A stretch of DNA of 64,000 nt from Blasia pusilla (taxonomy: Eukaryota): assembly GCA_050084515.1 (NCBI GenBank), contig CM114271.1, positions 7,192,001-7,256,000 of the forward strand. Direction: 5' to 3'. This document shows, piece by piece, positions 1-14,899 of this stretch (within the stretch, counting starts at the first letter, position 1; every line of letters begins with the position of its first letter). A model generated the notes under the pieces. The model made no database searches and was not told the origin of the DNA. It saw only the letters and a list, made by a program, of their open reading frames with translations. Made by a program: the position numbers and the translations under genes.

Positions 1-2458
1 TATAAGCTAGCATTGGCTAGTTTATTTAGAGTAGACAAGACCACCACTTGTTTCTTTACTCATTGGATTGATATCATGTCATAGAGTTATTGAGCCGCCA
101 TAACACCTCCAATGGTCAAAATATATGGAAGATCCAATTTCCTCATTACCCGTGGGCATTAACACTAGTGGCTCACCTTGGTATTAAAGTAAAACATACT
201 ATTGATGAGAACAACTGCATATTCAACAACTTAACCCAATATCCGATTGTCTTGCAAAAGACGGAACAAACCTCACTAGTATGATCCATCATGACCATTA
301 TGGCCCTAGAGTACATTGGTCCTAACATGCGATGTGCATTGCAATGGTCACACCACTACCAATACTTTGTTATATGTTAACTAGCTCCCTTGTCACATCT
401 TTTGGGATAGATCGAAGATTTTTGGTAGAGCACCTTTAAGGATATTGGAGGATAGCCTCATGAGGTCAAGGATGACTTATTGAGGCCTTGGATAACCTAA
501 GAGAGTATGTTTCCCCTTCATTGTGGCTTATTTGGAGCTATATTGATTAACATACTATTTTGGGTAAATTTGTGTTCTGAGTAAAGTTTACTTTCCACTT
601 TAAGAATTAGCCATTGACCCCCTATATCAAGTCTAGAACCAAGGAGGTGACATACGAGCATAGGTTACCATGGAGAGACCTTGGGAGAGGGAAGGGGGCA
701 TACTCACGGAGAGAATGCTTTGGAGCTCATTCTTTCTTTGTTGAACTTCTAATATGAGGCAATGGAATTATGATTCTCCTTGTCTTGTGAGTAACCCAAG
801 CCGCTCATTAAGAAAGTGGGTTTGATTTGACATGAGACATATGTAGTTGTATGCATATTACAAGACCTTTTGAGTGCTTGTGATTTAATTGGAGATATTT
901 TGGTACCATATGATCCAGATCGTCTTGATGTTTAGATACCATGAGTTAGTATGGTATCTTGTGTGTCTTCACGATGTATAGTGGTGTGTATGTGTACAAC
1001 ACCCTCCAAAGTTAGACACCATATCAAATTTTAGCTAGGTAGCGTTGAGCTCAATCTAGTCACATGCTTCAAAATTGGCTCCTCTAGTAGGGTCATCAAC
1101 ACACAATCTCATCTACCACATACCAAAAGATATTGAAGAAAGGTCCATACTATTATTCCATTGCCTATGCCTTGGTTACTCTTCAAGTGGCCTTAAATAG
1201 GTAAATCATAAACTTAAATATCTCTCTTAGGTTTTTTTCCAATGTCCGATGAAACTCTTGCAACTCTTGAAGTTTGTTAGTCCTCATCCTCTAACGGTTC
1301 TTCCCCAACATGTGGAAGAACTAAACCTTAGGGTTGAACTAAGACCATATATGTCTTCATTAATATGATGTGTTGGTGCTCTCGACATCACTCATCTTAG
1401 CATTAGTTGTAGATGACTCTTTGTTGTTGAAGTCATACTATGTCAGGAATCCCTTGGGATTAAATATCACAAATACCAATAAGGTTTCCAAGTTTGGATC
1501 AGATGCCGTTCATTTAATTCCCCTTAATTAGCTATTAATGCATCCTCTGAGTACTTAAAAATTCCTTACCATGAAAGGAGTGAACACCAAAGGACTTTGA
1601 ATCCTTAATGGCACATGCTATACATCAACTCCCATATGAAGTCACTCAATCGTGCCAACTACTCTTAAGAAGTGGAATTGGTCATGTTTGGGCCCATACA
1701 CCTCACCATATTTATCATCCAACAACATGGTGAACTCATGACTTTGGCACTAACCAATGACATCTCTATCCCTATTATCAACTAACTAGATGTATTTTTT
1801 TGGTTGGCACCCATTTGTTTATGAAGGTTGCAAAACTAACTCTCTCAAATCTTGGATGGAAATTTAGAGTGGCGAAATTTTTTGAACCCATATTTTCTAA
1901 CATTAGTACCATAGCTAAATCACAAGACACGCATCTACTAGAAATGGATGCTCATAACAATCATGTTGAGTAGGTCATACTTGCCCATATACAAAGACAC
2001 CCTGCATAAAAAATATGATTTCAAAAAATACCTCCATACACCTTAGTGCCAATCAAATATTACTTCTATACACCTATCCTATTTACATCTATAGTTTTTA
2101 AACTTATTCCTTATTTACTTACTAACCTATTTTCGCCTTCAATTTCAATAACATTTTGCTACTCATGTTACTTTAACTATATTACCTCTCACTTCATATT
2201 TCTAACTTACATGCATGTGGGGATAACTTATCTTTTGCTTCAATTACTTCTTATACAACACTAAACTTAATCACATCACGTGAGGTTTAAATCTACACTA
2301 TAAATTTTTATTATAAGGAGTTAAATTATGTGTAGAGATTGTGTGAGTGTGTAGTTAAAACATCCTTCTTTGCCCAAATTCTCTTGCAAATCTTTTCATA
2401 CGTTTGATGTCTTTCCTTCACCTTCAAAAATCTTAGGGCATTCCATCTGTGAGTGTAT

Positions 2459-5400
2459 TATTGAAGATTAAATTATAATCAAGCTCATCGGACTCCTGGA
2501 CTGCTAAATTTGGTACTCATATGAAGTAGGAAAGCTTAATCTTGGTTAGATAGTTAAGCATGATTATCTTAATTCGGATTAGTGAATCACAGTTAGTTTA
2601 ACTCAAGACTATAGTTAGGATTAGGGTTAGGTCTGCTTGTACATATCTTATATAATTGAGAAGGAGACATTGTGGAAAATTGATAAACAAGCATAACTGG
2701 TGGAAAACGGCTCTCATACACACACACACCACCATGGAGAACGAAATTTGCAATGAGAGAATGAGTGGAGGCTTATCATCTTCTCAATTATATAGGGTAT
2801 GTACAAGCAATCTAACCCTACCCTTAACCATAGTCTCGAGTTCGAATAACTGTGATTAACTAACCCTAGTTAAGATAATCATGCTTAATTGACTAACCAA
2901 GATTAAACTTCCCTACTTGGTGTGAGTACGAAATATATCAGTTCAGGTCTCTCATGAGTTTGATTGTAACTCAATCTTCAATAATCCCCTTGAAGCTCAT
3001 ATCGATATCTCTAACGCCTAAGTCCTTTCTAAACATCTCAAACTTATCTCAAGACAGTGCCTTTGTAAAGATATCCGCAATTTGCTGATATGTACCTATA
3101 CACACAAGATCAATTTCTTCTGCAAGCACTTTCTCTTTGATAAAATGATAGTGCACCTCAACATGCTTTGTAGGAGCATGAAACATATGCTTATTAGCAA
3201 GTTTGATGGTACTAATATTGTCTGGATATATTACACTAGGTCCTAAGTTACTAACACCAATGTCAACAAGTAATTGATGAAGCCACACCGCCTCACATGC
3301 TGCATTGGTTGCTCCTCTGTACTCAACCTTCGTTCAAGATAAAGCAACTGTAGGTTGCTTCTTTGAAGCCCAACTTATAGCTGCACTTCTAAAGTACATG
3401 AATAACCAGATGAGGAGTGTCAATCAGACACGCTTCATGCCCAATCAACATCTATGAATCCCTGTAATTGAAAAATCGGAGAAGATTCAAATTGAAGCCC
3501 GAATTGAATAAAGAATTTTAGATACCGCATAATCCTCCTCATAAGATCAAGGCGAGGTTTTTGAGGTACTTCCATAAACTGGCTCACTAGGCCAACAACA
3601 TAGCTAAAATCTGGTCTGGTTATAGTTAGATAGATCAAGCTTCCAATCATGTGCATGTACATATTAGAATCTCCAAGCATCTCTCCTTCATCCATTCTTA
3701 GCTTCAGGCTCTGGTCCAACGGTGTAGAGATTGGTTTACAAGCGGTCATACCATATTTTGAAAGCATATGAAGAGCATATTGTCATTGTAGTAACCACAT
3801 GCTCTCTCCAACCTTGATGAACTCAATACCAAGGACGTACTTGAGTTCTCCCAAGTCCTTCATATCAAATTCTGCTTGTAACTTAAGCTTGACTTGTTGT
3901 ACCATTTCTTCAGTACTCCCAATAATCAAGAAATCGTCAACATACAACACAATGACAACTGTATGATCTTGTCCTCTCAAGATATATAACGAGGAGTCAG
4001 AATCACATACCCTAAAACCCAACTCTTGTAGGACGTATGTAATCTTGCCATACCAAGCTCTTGGAGCTTGTTTGAGCCCGTATAGAGCTTTCTTCAACCT
4101 GTATACGCGAAATGGAAACTTGGGATGCTCGTATCCAGGTGGTAGAGTTATATATATCTTCTCGTATAGATCTCCATTCAAGAAGGCAATATCGATGTCC
4201 ATGTGATGTAATCTCCACTTCTTACTTAATGCAACTGCAACCACTGTTCTCGTAGTCGCCATCTTTGTAACAGGGCTAAATGTTTCCTCATAATTGATAC
4301 CATATTGTTGAGCATAGCCCTTAGCCATCAATCTCACTTTGTATTTTTTAATTGTATCATCTTGATTACGCTTGATTTTTTAAAACCCATTTGCAACCAA
4401 TACCTTCCTTACCATAAGGTATATCAACCAACTCCCATGTTTGTTGATGTCTTAATGCATCAAGCTCTTCCTCCATAGCTTCAATCCATTTGGCTTTACT
4501 CGCAGCTTCTTCAAAACAACTTGGCTCTTGCTCTTGAAGGATAGTCATTATATATGCATGATGTTTCGCAAGGAAACCTTCATTTATGAATCTATGAACA
4601 TGATATGTAACTCTACTTTATCTACAAAGTTGTTGTTTAGAGGTAGATGCCTCTCACATCTGACTCGAGCTCTGACAAGTGTCAACAGAGTGAATATGTA
4701 CTCTTCTCGTCCATGGACTCACAAATTTAACTGATGAATCTAGGACCTCTCCTAATCCTGCACTAGTACTTGGGGAAGTTGAAGACATTGTTTTTTGGTT
4801 CACACTCATATTCTCCCCCTCAACAGACAAGTTTAGAGGTGGAATAGGCTCAGATGGAGCATATCATGACTTTAGCTCATCAAAGATAACATCCCGACTA
4901 ATAATAAGCTGCCTAGAGGATGAAATGTAGCACTTATATCCCTTAGTTCCATTAGCATAGCCAATGAAGATACATCTTTCAGACTTGGAGTCTAATTTAT
5001 GGCGTCTCTCAAAAGGGACATGAGCATAACAAATACAACCAAATACTTTCAAGAAGGAAAAATCAGGTTTACTTCTTGTGAAGACTTCGAATGGAGTTTT
5101 ATCATAAACTCTTATTGTTGGAGTTCGGTTGATTAAGAAGACTGCACATGCTACAACCTCTGCCCAATACACCTTAGGCATGTTCTTCTCATTCAGCATA
5201 GCTTGTGCCGCTTCAGCAATATGTCGATTTTTCCTCTTAGCCACTCCATTTTATTGTGGAGTGTAGCAGCAAGTCACTTGACGTTGGATGCCATTCTGAC
5301 GTAAATAGTCATCAACCTCTGTTGAAAGATATTCTCCTCCTCCATCACAATGCAATTTCACAAATATGTTGTCCAATCTGGTTCTCTACTAGAACTCTTA

Positions 5401-8400
5401 ATATTTGGAACAGTGAGAATACCTCTTACTTGGCTTTCAAAAAGTATACCCATATATACCTAGAGAAGTGATCAATAAATGAAATAAAGTACTGGCAACC
5501 ACTAAGGGTATGTTGTGATGTTGTCCACACATCACTACGGATCAACTCTTATATCTTGGATGCTCTTCTACCTTGCTCTGGAAAAAGAAATCTAGCTTGT
5601 TTTCCAAATTGGCAAGTAGGACATACATCTAACGTAGCAGGACTCGCTAGTTTAGGAAGTCCTATTCCTATATTAGATGATAAAAGACTTTGTAATATTT
5701 GAAGATTCATATGTCTAATTCTTTTATGCCACATATTTAGATATATGACTTGTTGGCCGGTTTGACCATACATTGATGTTTGAATCTGTGGCATAGAAAC
5801 ATATAATTTGAACATTCTGCGAGATCTAGTTCATTTGGCTATCGTAGTCTGGTCATCCATTATTTCAATGAAACAACCATATGCGTTAAACTTCATTTGA
5901 TAACCCTGTTCTACTATTTTTCCTAGAGAGATAAGATTTATTGCAATGGTAGGAACATAGAGAACATTTCCAAGAGCTCAAAGACCATATGATGCTATTG
6001 GAACTTACCGGTATGCGTGATATGATGTTGAGTGTCATCTCTTGTGAGCACAATTGCAGGATCTTTCACCGGCTCCAAACTACTAAACGATTTCGCTTGT
6101 GAGGTCATGTGATTTGATGCACCGGAGTCCATATACCAATCTGCTGTCGAGTCTTTCTTGACCATTGCTATCATATGATGAATCATGACCAAGAGATGCT
6201 CCGTATTTGAATGTTGTTGTTCTTGGTACTGCTCTTGGTGTTGTTGTTCCACATAGTTTTGTTGTTGTAAGGCTTGTGTGCTCATATCTGCATTCTTCTT
6301 GAAGCAAAACTTTGCATAATGACCCTTTATCTCACAGTAATTGCAAGATCCAGGGACCCTCAGATGTTGACCTCGACCCCAACGGTTTCCACCATCACCA
6401 CCTTGTGATTGTGTGTGGTACTGGCTCGTAGTTGATTGTGCGAGGTTATATTGAGTGTCTCTTCCTCCATATGCTTGATATCCACCACGACCATGGAAGT
6501 TTCTCCCACGATCCCTACCTCTGTTTGATCCATAACCTGCAACTAGCGCACTCTCTTGCAGACTAGACAAGCTATCGTTGCCTACTAGGCGCATCTCTTC
6601 ACTAATCAATAGAGGAACTATTTCTTGAAAGGTTGGATACTTCTCTCTCACAGAGATAGAGGTCTCAGAGGACTTTTAATCATTTGGAAGGCCTTGAAGA
6701 GTGAATAAAATTAGATCATCATCTTTTACTATCACTCCAATGCTATTCAATTGATCAACAATATGTCTCATACTCAAAATACAATCATTGATGCTCTTCG
6801 ATCCTTTCTTGACTTCGTTCAATTACTGTTTCGATTGAAGCTTTTTGGCCTTTGTAGATGTCTGGAACAACTTTTCCAATGCATCCTAGGCTTCCTTCAA
6901 AATATCAACATCTTGGATGTGACCTTTCATTGGCGAACTGATCGTTATTGAAATGTAGTGGATTACTTGCCTTGCGTGTTTGTTCCAAGCGCAAACATTC
7001 AAGTCTGTTGAGTAACCTTTGGCTTGGCCTCATCACCTATGAAAAGCTTCCATAGTTCTTGACCCATGAGAAATTGTTTCATGCGAAACTTCCAGACAAT
7101 ATAATTCTGCTTGTCTAGCTTCTCGCGTATGATTGCTGGTGAGAAATACTCCATGATAAACGATTTCACTCACAAAAACGTAATTTCAGGCTTTCTACTG
7201 CTCTAATTGAAGCATAGACCACTTCTGCATAAAATCGACTTGAAAATTTCCAAATTTGATCAACTGTTTGAAGGAACTAGTCGAAATTGGCCTGTAGAGA
7301 GCAAATTGCACAACTTTTCTTCACTAATTGCATTTTCCTACATTGAAATTGCTACTGCAAGAGCTCGGAGTGTCAGAATCAAGCGATTTTGGATGCGGTG
7401 GAAAGCTCTCAATGAGCTCTACAATATGGTTGGAATCTGTCTTTGGCATTGTTTTATCCAAAGCGGATTCTGACGGCTGAATCGATCGGGAAAGCCCTAA
7501 AAAATGCCTCCAAAGTTTTATCACCGTCAAACTTCTACCTAAAATTTGCACCCGCTGAGCTCTGAAGAAAATTTCCTTTTCCCAAACTGAAAATTTTCCC
7601 GCTCTTGCCTCTCTTCTCTCTCCAAACACCAAGAATTTCAAGTGATGTTCTCTTCTTGCTTTGATACCATGTGGAAAACTGCTAAACAAGCATAATTGGT
7701 GGAAAATGGCTCTCTCACACACACACCACCATGGAGAATGAAATTTGCAACGAGAGAATTAGTGGAGGTTGGTCCTCTTCTCAATTATATAGGATATGTA
7801 CAAGCAACCCTAACCCTATCCTTAACCATAGTCTCGAGTTATACTAATTGTGATTAACTAATTCTAGTTAAGATAATCGTGTTTAACTAACTAACCAAGA
7901 TTAAGCTTCCCTACTTCGTGTGAGTACCAAATGTAGCAAGTTTAGATGTCTCATGAGTTTGATTGTAACTCAATCTTCAATAGACACGCCTCCGCTTATT
8001 CTCTCATTGCAAAATTTCTTTCTCCATTGTGGTGTGTGAGAGTCGTATATATCCCATCAATTATGCTTCTTTAGCAATTTTCTACATGGTATCAAAGCGA
8101 TGGGAGAACATCAATTGAAAATTTTGATTTTTGAGAAGAGAAGCCATAATTTGAAATTTTCAGTTTGGGAGAAGGAAATCTCAATCAGAGTTGAGTGACA
8201 TAAGATTTCAAATGGAGTTGTGAAGATGACAAAACTTTGGAGGCATTTTTTTAGGGATTTTTTGGTCGATTCAACAATTTTGATCCACATCATATTACTC
8301 AAGGAACATGCCTAAGGTGTATTGAGCAGAGGTTGTAACGTGCGCACTCTTCTTAATCAATCGAACTCTAGCAGCAGAAGTTTATAATAAGACTCCATTT

Positions 8401-10809
8401 GTAGTCTTCATAAGAAGTAAACATGATTTTTCCTTCCTGAAAGTATTTGGTTGTACTTGTTATGCTCATGTTCCTTCAGAAAGACATAAAAATTAGATCC
8501 CAAATCTAAAAGATGTATCTTCATTAGCTATGTTTATGGAACTAAGGGATATAAGTGCTACATTCGATCCTCTAGGCATCTTATTATTAGTCATGATGTT
8601 GTCTTTGATGAGCTTAAGTCATGGTATGCTCCATCTGAGCATATTCAACCTCTAAACTTGTCTGTTAAGGAGGAGAACATTACAGTAAGTCAATAGACAT
8701 TGCCTACAAATTCCCAAAATACTAGAGCAGAATTAGGAGAGGTCCTAGATTCTTCAATTAAATTTGTCAGTCCATGGTCGGAAAGAGTACATATTCAATC
8801 TGTTGACATTAGTCAGAGCTCGAGTCATATGTCAGAGACGTCCACCTCTCATCAACAACTTCATAGATCAAGTAGAGTTACACATTCTCTTCATAGATTT
8901 ATAAATGAAAGATTTCTTGCAACACATTATGCATATATGATGACTATCCTTTAAGAACATGAGCCCAAATTGTTTTTGAAGTTGCAAGCAAGATTAATTG
9001 GATTTAAGCTTTGGAGGAAGAGCTTGTTGTATTAAGATATCAACAAACTTGGAAGCTGGTTGATATATCTTTCGATAAGGAAACTATTGGTTGTAAATGG
9101 GTTTATAAAGTCAAGCGTAATCAAGATGATACAATGAACAGATACAAAACCACATTAGTAGCCAAGGGCTTTGCACAACAATATGACATCGATTATGAGG
9201 AGATATTTAGCCCTATTGCAAAGATAGCTACAACAATAATAGTGGTTACAATTCCAATAAGTAAGAAATGGAGATTACATCACATGGACGTTAATAATAC
9301 CTTCTTGAATAGAGACCTATATGAGGAGGTTTACATGACTCAACCATTTGGAGATGAACATCTAGAGCTTCCATTTCGCATATGCAAGTGAAAGGAAGCT
9401 CTATATGGGCTTAAGCAAGCTCCTAAAGCTTGGTATGGTAAGATTACATACGTCTTACAAGAATTGGGGTTTAGGATATGTGATTATGATTCCTCGCTAT
9501 ACATCTTAAGAAGACAAAGTCATACAGTAATCAAAAGGTCATCAATACCTCTTGATAACTAGGAGTACTAGAAATATGGTATAACAAGTCAAGCTAAAGT
9601 TATAGGCAGAATTTGATATGAAGGACTTGGGAGAACTCAAGTACTTTCTTGGTGTTGAGTTTATCAGGGTTGGAGAAAGTATATGGTTATTACAACGATA
9701 ATATGCTCTTCATATGCTTTCCAAATATGGTATGAGGGTTTACAAACGAATCTCTATATCATTGAACTAGAGTGCAAAGCTAAGAGAGGATGAAGGAGAG
9801 TTACTTGCATATTCTAATATGTACATGCCAATGGTTGGAAGTTTAATCTATCTGTCTATAACTTGGCCAGACTTGAGCTATGCAGTTGGCCTACTGAGCC
9901 AATTTATGAAAGCACCTCAAAAATCTTGCCTTGATGTTGTGAAGAGGATTATGCGGTATGTTAAATTCTCTATTCAATTTGGGCTTCAATTTGAACCTTC
10001 TCCAAGTTTATAATTACGGGGATTCCCAAATGTTGATTGGGTAGCAAGCGTGTTTGATAGACACTCAATATGTGGTTATTCATTTATCTTGGGAAACCTA
10101 GCTATAAGTTGGGCTTCAAAGAAGCAACATATAATTTTTTTTATCTTCAATAGAGGCTAAGTATGGAGGAGTAACTAATGCAACATGTTAGGCAGTGTCT
10201 CTTCATCGATTATTTGTTGAGGTTGGTATTAGTAACTTAGGACCTAGTGTAATATATGCATACAATATTAGTAGCATCAAGTTTGCTAATAACCATGTAT
10301 TCCATGCTCAAACAAAGCATGTTGAAGTGCACTACCATTTTATCCGAGAGAAAGTGTTTGTAGGAGAAATTGGTATTGTGTATATAGGTATAGATAAACA
10401 AATTGTTGATATTTTTATAAAGATATTTTCTAAAGAAAAGTCTGAGATGTTTAGAAATGATTTAGGTGTTAGAGATGTTGATATGAGCTTGAGGGGGAAT
10501 ATTCAAGATTGAATTAGAGTCAAGCTCATCGGACATCTGGACTACTACATTTAGTATTGACACAAAGTACGAAAGCTTAATATTGGTTAGTTAGTTAAGC
10601 ATGATTATCTTAACTATGATTAGTTAATCACAACTAGTCTAAATCGAGTCTATGGTTAGAGCTATGAAGTTGGCCTAGTGATCACAACATCAATTGAGAA
10701 GGGGATCAACCTCGACTTATTCTCTTATTGCAAGATTTTGTTCTCCATGGTGGTGTGTGAGTATGAGAGTTATATCCCCCCCATTATGCTTATTTAGCAG
10801 TCTTCTACA
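2459..10809 (+). mobile_element. Ty1/copia LTR retrotransposon copy B; internally deleted, 5' LTR split by nested copy A
   Basis: 5' LTR 2459-2670 + 7983-8086, PBS TGGTATCAAAGC 8087-8098. Sequence jumps from the 5' UTR into integrase (NMPKVY.AEVV) near 8300, so gag/PR/N-terminal INT are lost. RT remnants (IGCKWVYKVK, HHMDVNNTFLN), RNase H (TKHVEVHYHFIREKV), PPT before 10500, 3' LTR 10500-10809. Flanks TGTAT/TATGT (degenerate TSD). Confidence 0.9.
2671..7982 (-). mobile_element. Ty1/copia LTR retrotransposon copy A; full length, pseudogenised
   Basis: 313-bp LTRs 7670-7982 and 2671-2983, PBS (tRNA-Met type) 7658-7669, PPT 2984-2997, TSD GACAT/GACAC. gag knuckle CNYCEIKGHYAKFC, protease WYMDSGASNHMT, integrase (KLDSKSERCIFIGY), RT (LYVDD), RNase H. 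Many stops and frameshifts. Confidence 0.95.
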
Positions 10810-11240
10810 TATGTGTGCACTAGAAATTTGATTGGGCATGCCCACACCTATTAGTGGGTCACACTACAACTCCCCTCACATACAAGCCAACCTTGACACC
10901 GATGGTTCACACTTGTAAACTCAAATTTTCAATCGCTTCTTAGAGGAATCACGAAGTTCACATCCAACCAATTTGAAATTCCCACGTAGTGCTCTTTGAC
11001 TTGCCTAGTAACCACAAATTTCCATACGTTTAGGCAAGGGGACCACTCCAACAACCAATTTTTCCATCCCATTCACTCAAACTATAATCATTAAACTTAG
11101 AAAACCTATGGATTCCAAGGTATTCAATTTAGGGTTCAATAATGATTTTCATACTTTTCCCTCCCATGCAATGCCCTTAACTACCATACCCATATTTTTT
11201 GACTCCCTCATTCTTCAATCTCGAGAGTTCAAGAATATTG

Positions 11241-11525
11241 GGAGCCAACCAACATAGGTCTTTAACTCCAAATTGTGATATTGTGGTCACATCCCTTTCT
11301 TGGACCTACTCTCAATCTTAAAATCTTGAAATTGTAATTTTCATTTTTGCCTTATAGTTTGGTGTAGTTTTTGATTCTTATTATTCAACATCATGATTGC
11401 AATAATTTAGGGAGCCAACCAACATTGTGTTTGAATCCCAAATCGTGATATTGTGGTCCCTTTTTTGGACCTACTCTCAATCTTAAAAGATTAAAATAGT
11501 CATTTCTGTTCTTGCAAGTTTGGCG
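11241..11525. repeat. Two-copy degenerate tandem duplication, ~170-bp period
   Basis: GGAGCCAACCAACAT...GTGATATTGTGGTC...TGGACCTACTCTCAATCTTAAAA at ~11241 and ~11411. Confidence 0.7.
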
Positions 11526-12239
11526 CACAACTTTATGGCTTCCTCAAACCTCCTACCTACGCCACTTTTCAATACCTTTGTTGCAAGTGTGGCCCCTTCC
11601 CATCATTGTGATTCCTTTGGATGCCTGTAATAGTCATGTTGGGAATGCCCTACAATTTTCACCTTGATCTGTCCAATGCTTGACACATTCTTGAGGAAGT
11701 ATCCTTCACCCTACCAATATTTGTTGTCCGTCCCCATAAAATCCAACCTATCAACTACACCTTGTGCATGATGAGCAGACTCTTTGTAGTCGGATCCCTC
11801 AATGTGTGCAACAACTTGTTTACACTTCAACTCTTGCAGTCCTTATGATATCCATATTAAATTCTATTCCCTTCTTTCACATGTCTTAAGTATGATACAT
11901 CTCACTTCTTAGGATATCAAAATCCTTGGATACACACTTTATTATATCCTATACTTGTAAGAAAACTAACCTTATTTTTTGGACCAAGTCTTGAGTTTCA
12001 CTATTTCTCCCTTTCAAATGTTGAAAATATCAAACTTCATGTATATAGCCGAGTCTTGAGGTACAAATAGAATACTTAAAATTACACATGTCACTTCATA
12101 TTCCATAAGAGTTTTCTACCAAATCAAGAAACTCCAAGAACCTCCAAGAAAGTCCCCAAATGATGACATGCGTAGGTCACTCTTGGCCTCTCCACACCCT
12201 ACCACATACATAACCTCCCTATCCAAGCCTACTATGTAC

Positions 12240-13075
12240 CAAGGTTGTATAGAATTGGACTTGTCTAAACAAGTTTGTATTTTTCATCCCACACTTGTTC
12301 TCAGGTTGTGGCCCTCGTCCCTACCACAATCCCTGCCCGCATGTGACTTGCAACTCGCCTATGTCTAGCCCGCGTTCCTCTCCTACAGGCCTCAAGTTGT
12401 TTAAGAAAACAAGTTTTAAAAGTTAGAAAAAAAACTTTCCCATGCCGGGAAGATGTGGGTTTTCCGCATGCACCCTTCTCGCATCTGGCTTGTGTCGTGC
12501 CTACACCCCTCCCACACGGGCTGGATATGAACCAGGGTCATAAGAGGGATGCGGACCAAGGGGTGTGTGGTGCAAGATGTTGGAAGTTGGGCTGGCACAA
12601 ACATAAGCATGGCTTCACAAAAACGGACTTGTCCAAACAAATTTGGACGTGCTATCTCTTACCCATTCTCGCACCATGGCTCGCGTCCCTATCTCCACCC
12701 TCGACTGCGTTCGTCCTCTACCATCCCATCCCCATCCCGCGACTGGCCCTTGCCCCTTGCACGCCCAACCCGTGCTCCTCTTGCATCTAGCTTGCACCCC
12801 TCCTACACATGCTATTTTTTTTCAATTTTAAGAAGAAAAAAATACTTTTCTATGCGAGCTATAGTCCGCCCCCCTCCCGCACAGACCCAGAGCGGGCTAG
12901 GTTGACGAGAAGGATGCAGGCCAAGATTGGGTGTGGTACGGGATTGGATGCAAGCAAGGCGTGCCTGAGTGCGGTCATGCCCGCACGAACATAGACAAGT
13001 TTGCGAACACGGACTTGTCCGCGTGCAACCTTGGATATAAGCCCCTAGACCAGACTTTGTCCATGTGGAACCTTG
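12240..13075. mobile_element. hAT-type MITE, outer copy containing a nested copy
   Basis: Termini CAAGGTTGTAT...GTGGAACCTTG, subterminal GGACTTGTC motifs. Flanks CTATGTAC/CTACACAT differ only by C/T and G/A transitions. Confidence 0.6.
12608..13033. mobile_element. hAT-type MITE nested in a same-family MITE
   Basis: Termini CATGGCTTCAC...GTGCAACCTTG; 8-bp flanks AACATAAG/GATATAAG. Confidence 0.65.
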
Positions 13076-13651
13076 CTACACATACTTGTGCTCCATTAAA
13101 AATATTGTGACAACCTATATAGATTTAGAAAAAAATAAGGGTTAGATACATATGCGATGCATGATATGTTTGCATGTATAATATCACATAATGTTTTTCC
13201 ATCCAAAGTTGTGTTGGTCCTTATTATCCCGTTCTACAATATTATTATGTGTATTTGTAGTTTTCCATCTATCTTTTGTTTCCATAAGCCTTTCCATCTT
13301 GATGAAAATATCTACTCTACCATGCTTCTTTATTGTCTACTCTAATTGATCTATGTCACATAGCTTTGGCTCATTCCGCCTGCCCCTTCATTTTTAATAC
13401 CTACTCCAAATCTCACACCTCAGTAGTTTAATTCCACTCTAGTCCAACTTAGTGCCATAAAATGGTGTATGTCCTTCCTTATTCCCATTCCTCTCTCATA
13501 TCTTATCAAAAAATTCCATCATATAGAATTTTATCAATCCAAAATTTAAAAAATGATGTCCCTCAAAATTTGAGAAAATTAGATTGATTGTAGATAATAA
13601 GTTGATATGAAGGTTAGGTTTGTGGTTTTGATTGTACCTAAACCACAAAGT

Positions 13652-14176
13652 TATGTGCAACATCATTCATCTCTTTCCTTCACGCGCTATACACTAGCTC
13701 TTCAAACACTTTTTTATTTCCCGTGCATCGCACGAGCATCTTATCTATATTATTATGGGAGAGTGCCTTCTTGATTTGAAAACGTCTCTTTTCTTGACAG
13801 GTGCCAACTAGGCAACAAGAAAATGTTTCATATGCTATGGGCAACAAAAAAGAAGAAGAAGAAGTTTATGTGCAACATCATTCATCTCTTCCCTTCACGG
13901 GTTATATACTAGCTCTTCAAACACTTTTTTTATTGTTCGTGCATCGCATGTGCACCTTATCTATATTATCATGGGAGAGTGCCTTCTTGATTTGCTAACA
14001 CCTCTCTGCTTCACACGTGGCAATTGGTCAACAAGAAAATACTTCACATGCTAGGAGCAACAAGAATTTTTTTTTGAATATATGTGCAACATCATGAATG
14101 TCTTCCCTTCATGGGTTATACACTAGCCCTTCAAACACTTTTTTATTTCCTGTGCATCGCACAAGCACCTTACTAG
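13652..14176 (+). mobile_element. Tandem array of a small non-autonomous Helitron (~216-bp unit, ~2.5 copies)
   Basis: Units start TCTATATTAT at 13744 and 13960. Each ends with a CCGTGCATCGCACG-type hairpin; the last ends CTAG|T at 14173-14177. Confidence 0.75.
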
Positions 14177-14899
14177 TACAAATAGTTGCGAGACTTTATT
14201 TCATATAAATAAATTTAGTGTGAGAATGATACACCTTTGACTTCAACTCGAACTTTGTTTCCCATTCAAGGAGACAAAGTGCAACTCCGAAGTTAGTCAA
14301 CACCGCCCATTAACATCTGAAATTCCCAAAACCTTGCGCAAAAAAACTTTCTAGAAGCGCTTGGCCCTCCAGAAGAGGAAAAAGTTGCGCAGACAAGCTT
14401 TCCTAATCGGCTTGTGAGTGGCCAACTATCATCGGAGCTCGATAGCGATGGGGATGGACGGGAGACGGTGGTGGAGGCGGACAAGGACAGAGGATGCCAT
14501 GGAGGGAAGGAGGAGGGAGGGGAGTCGTGTGATATACTAAAACGGAGATGTCGGTCTCTTCTACGTTTTGATCTACAACATCATCCTTATAGTGAAGTAT
14601 TTTATATTTTATTCTCTTTTTTAGACTCCTGATATTTTTAGCGTTTCTCATGTAGGTATTAGGGTTCCCTTTGTTATCTTGCCTCGTTGTCATGACATAA
14701 ATATTTCCAAGATCATTCATGTTGTTCTTCCACATCACCCCTTTTTCTATATGTCTTTTCCATATGGCCATGCATATTTCTCGCTCATATTTGACCCATG
14801 TTTTTCTCCATTATCCCACCCTTAAGTAGACCTCTATTCCCATCTATTTTTCTTCGGATTTGTTTATTCATTTTCCACATTATTAGTACCTCCATACTA

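Noticed and set aside
1-2450. Additional LTR element remnant
   Set aside because: CpG-depleted and repeat-like, but no domain or paired boundary could be established by eye.
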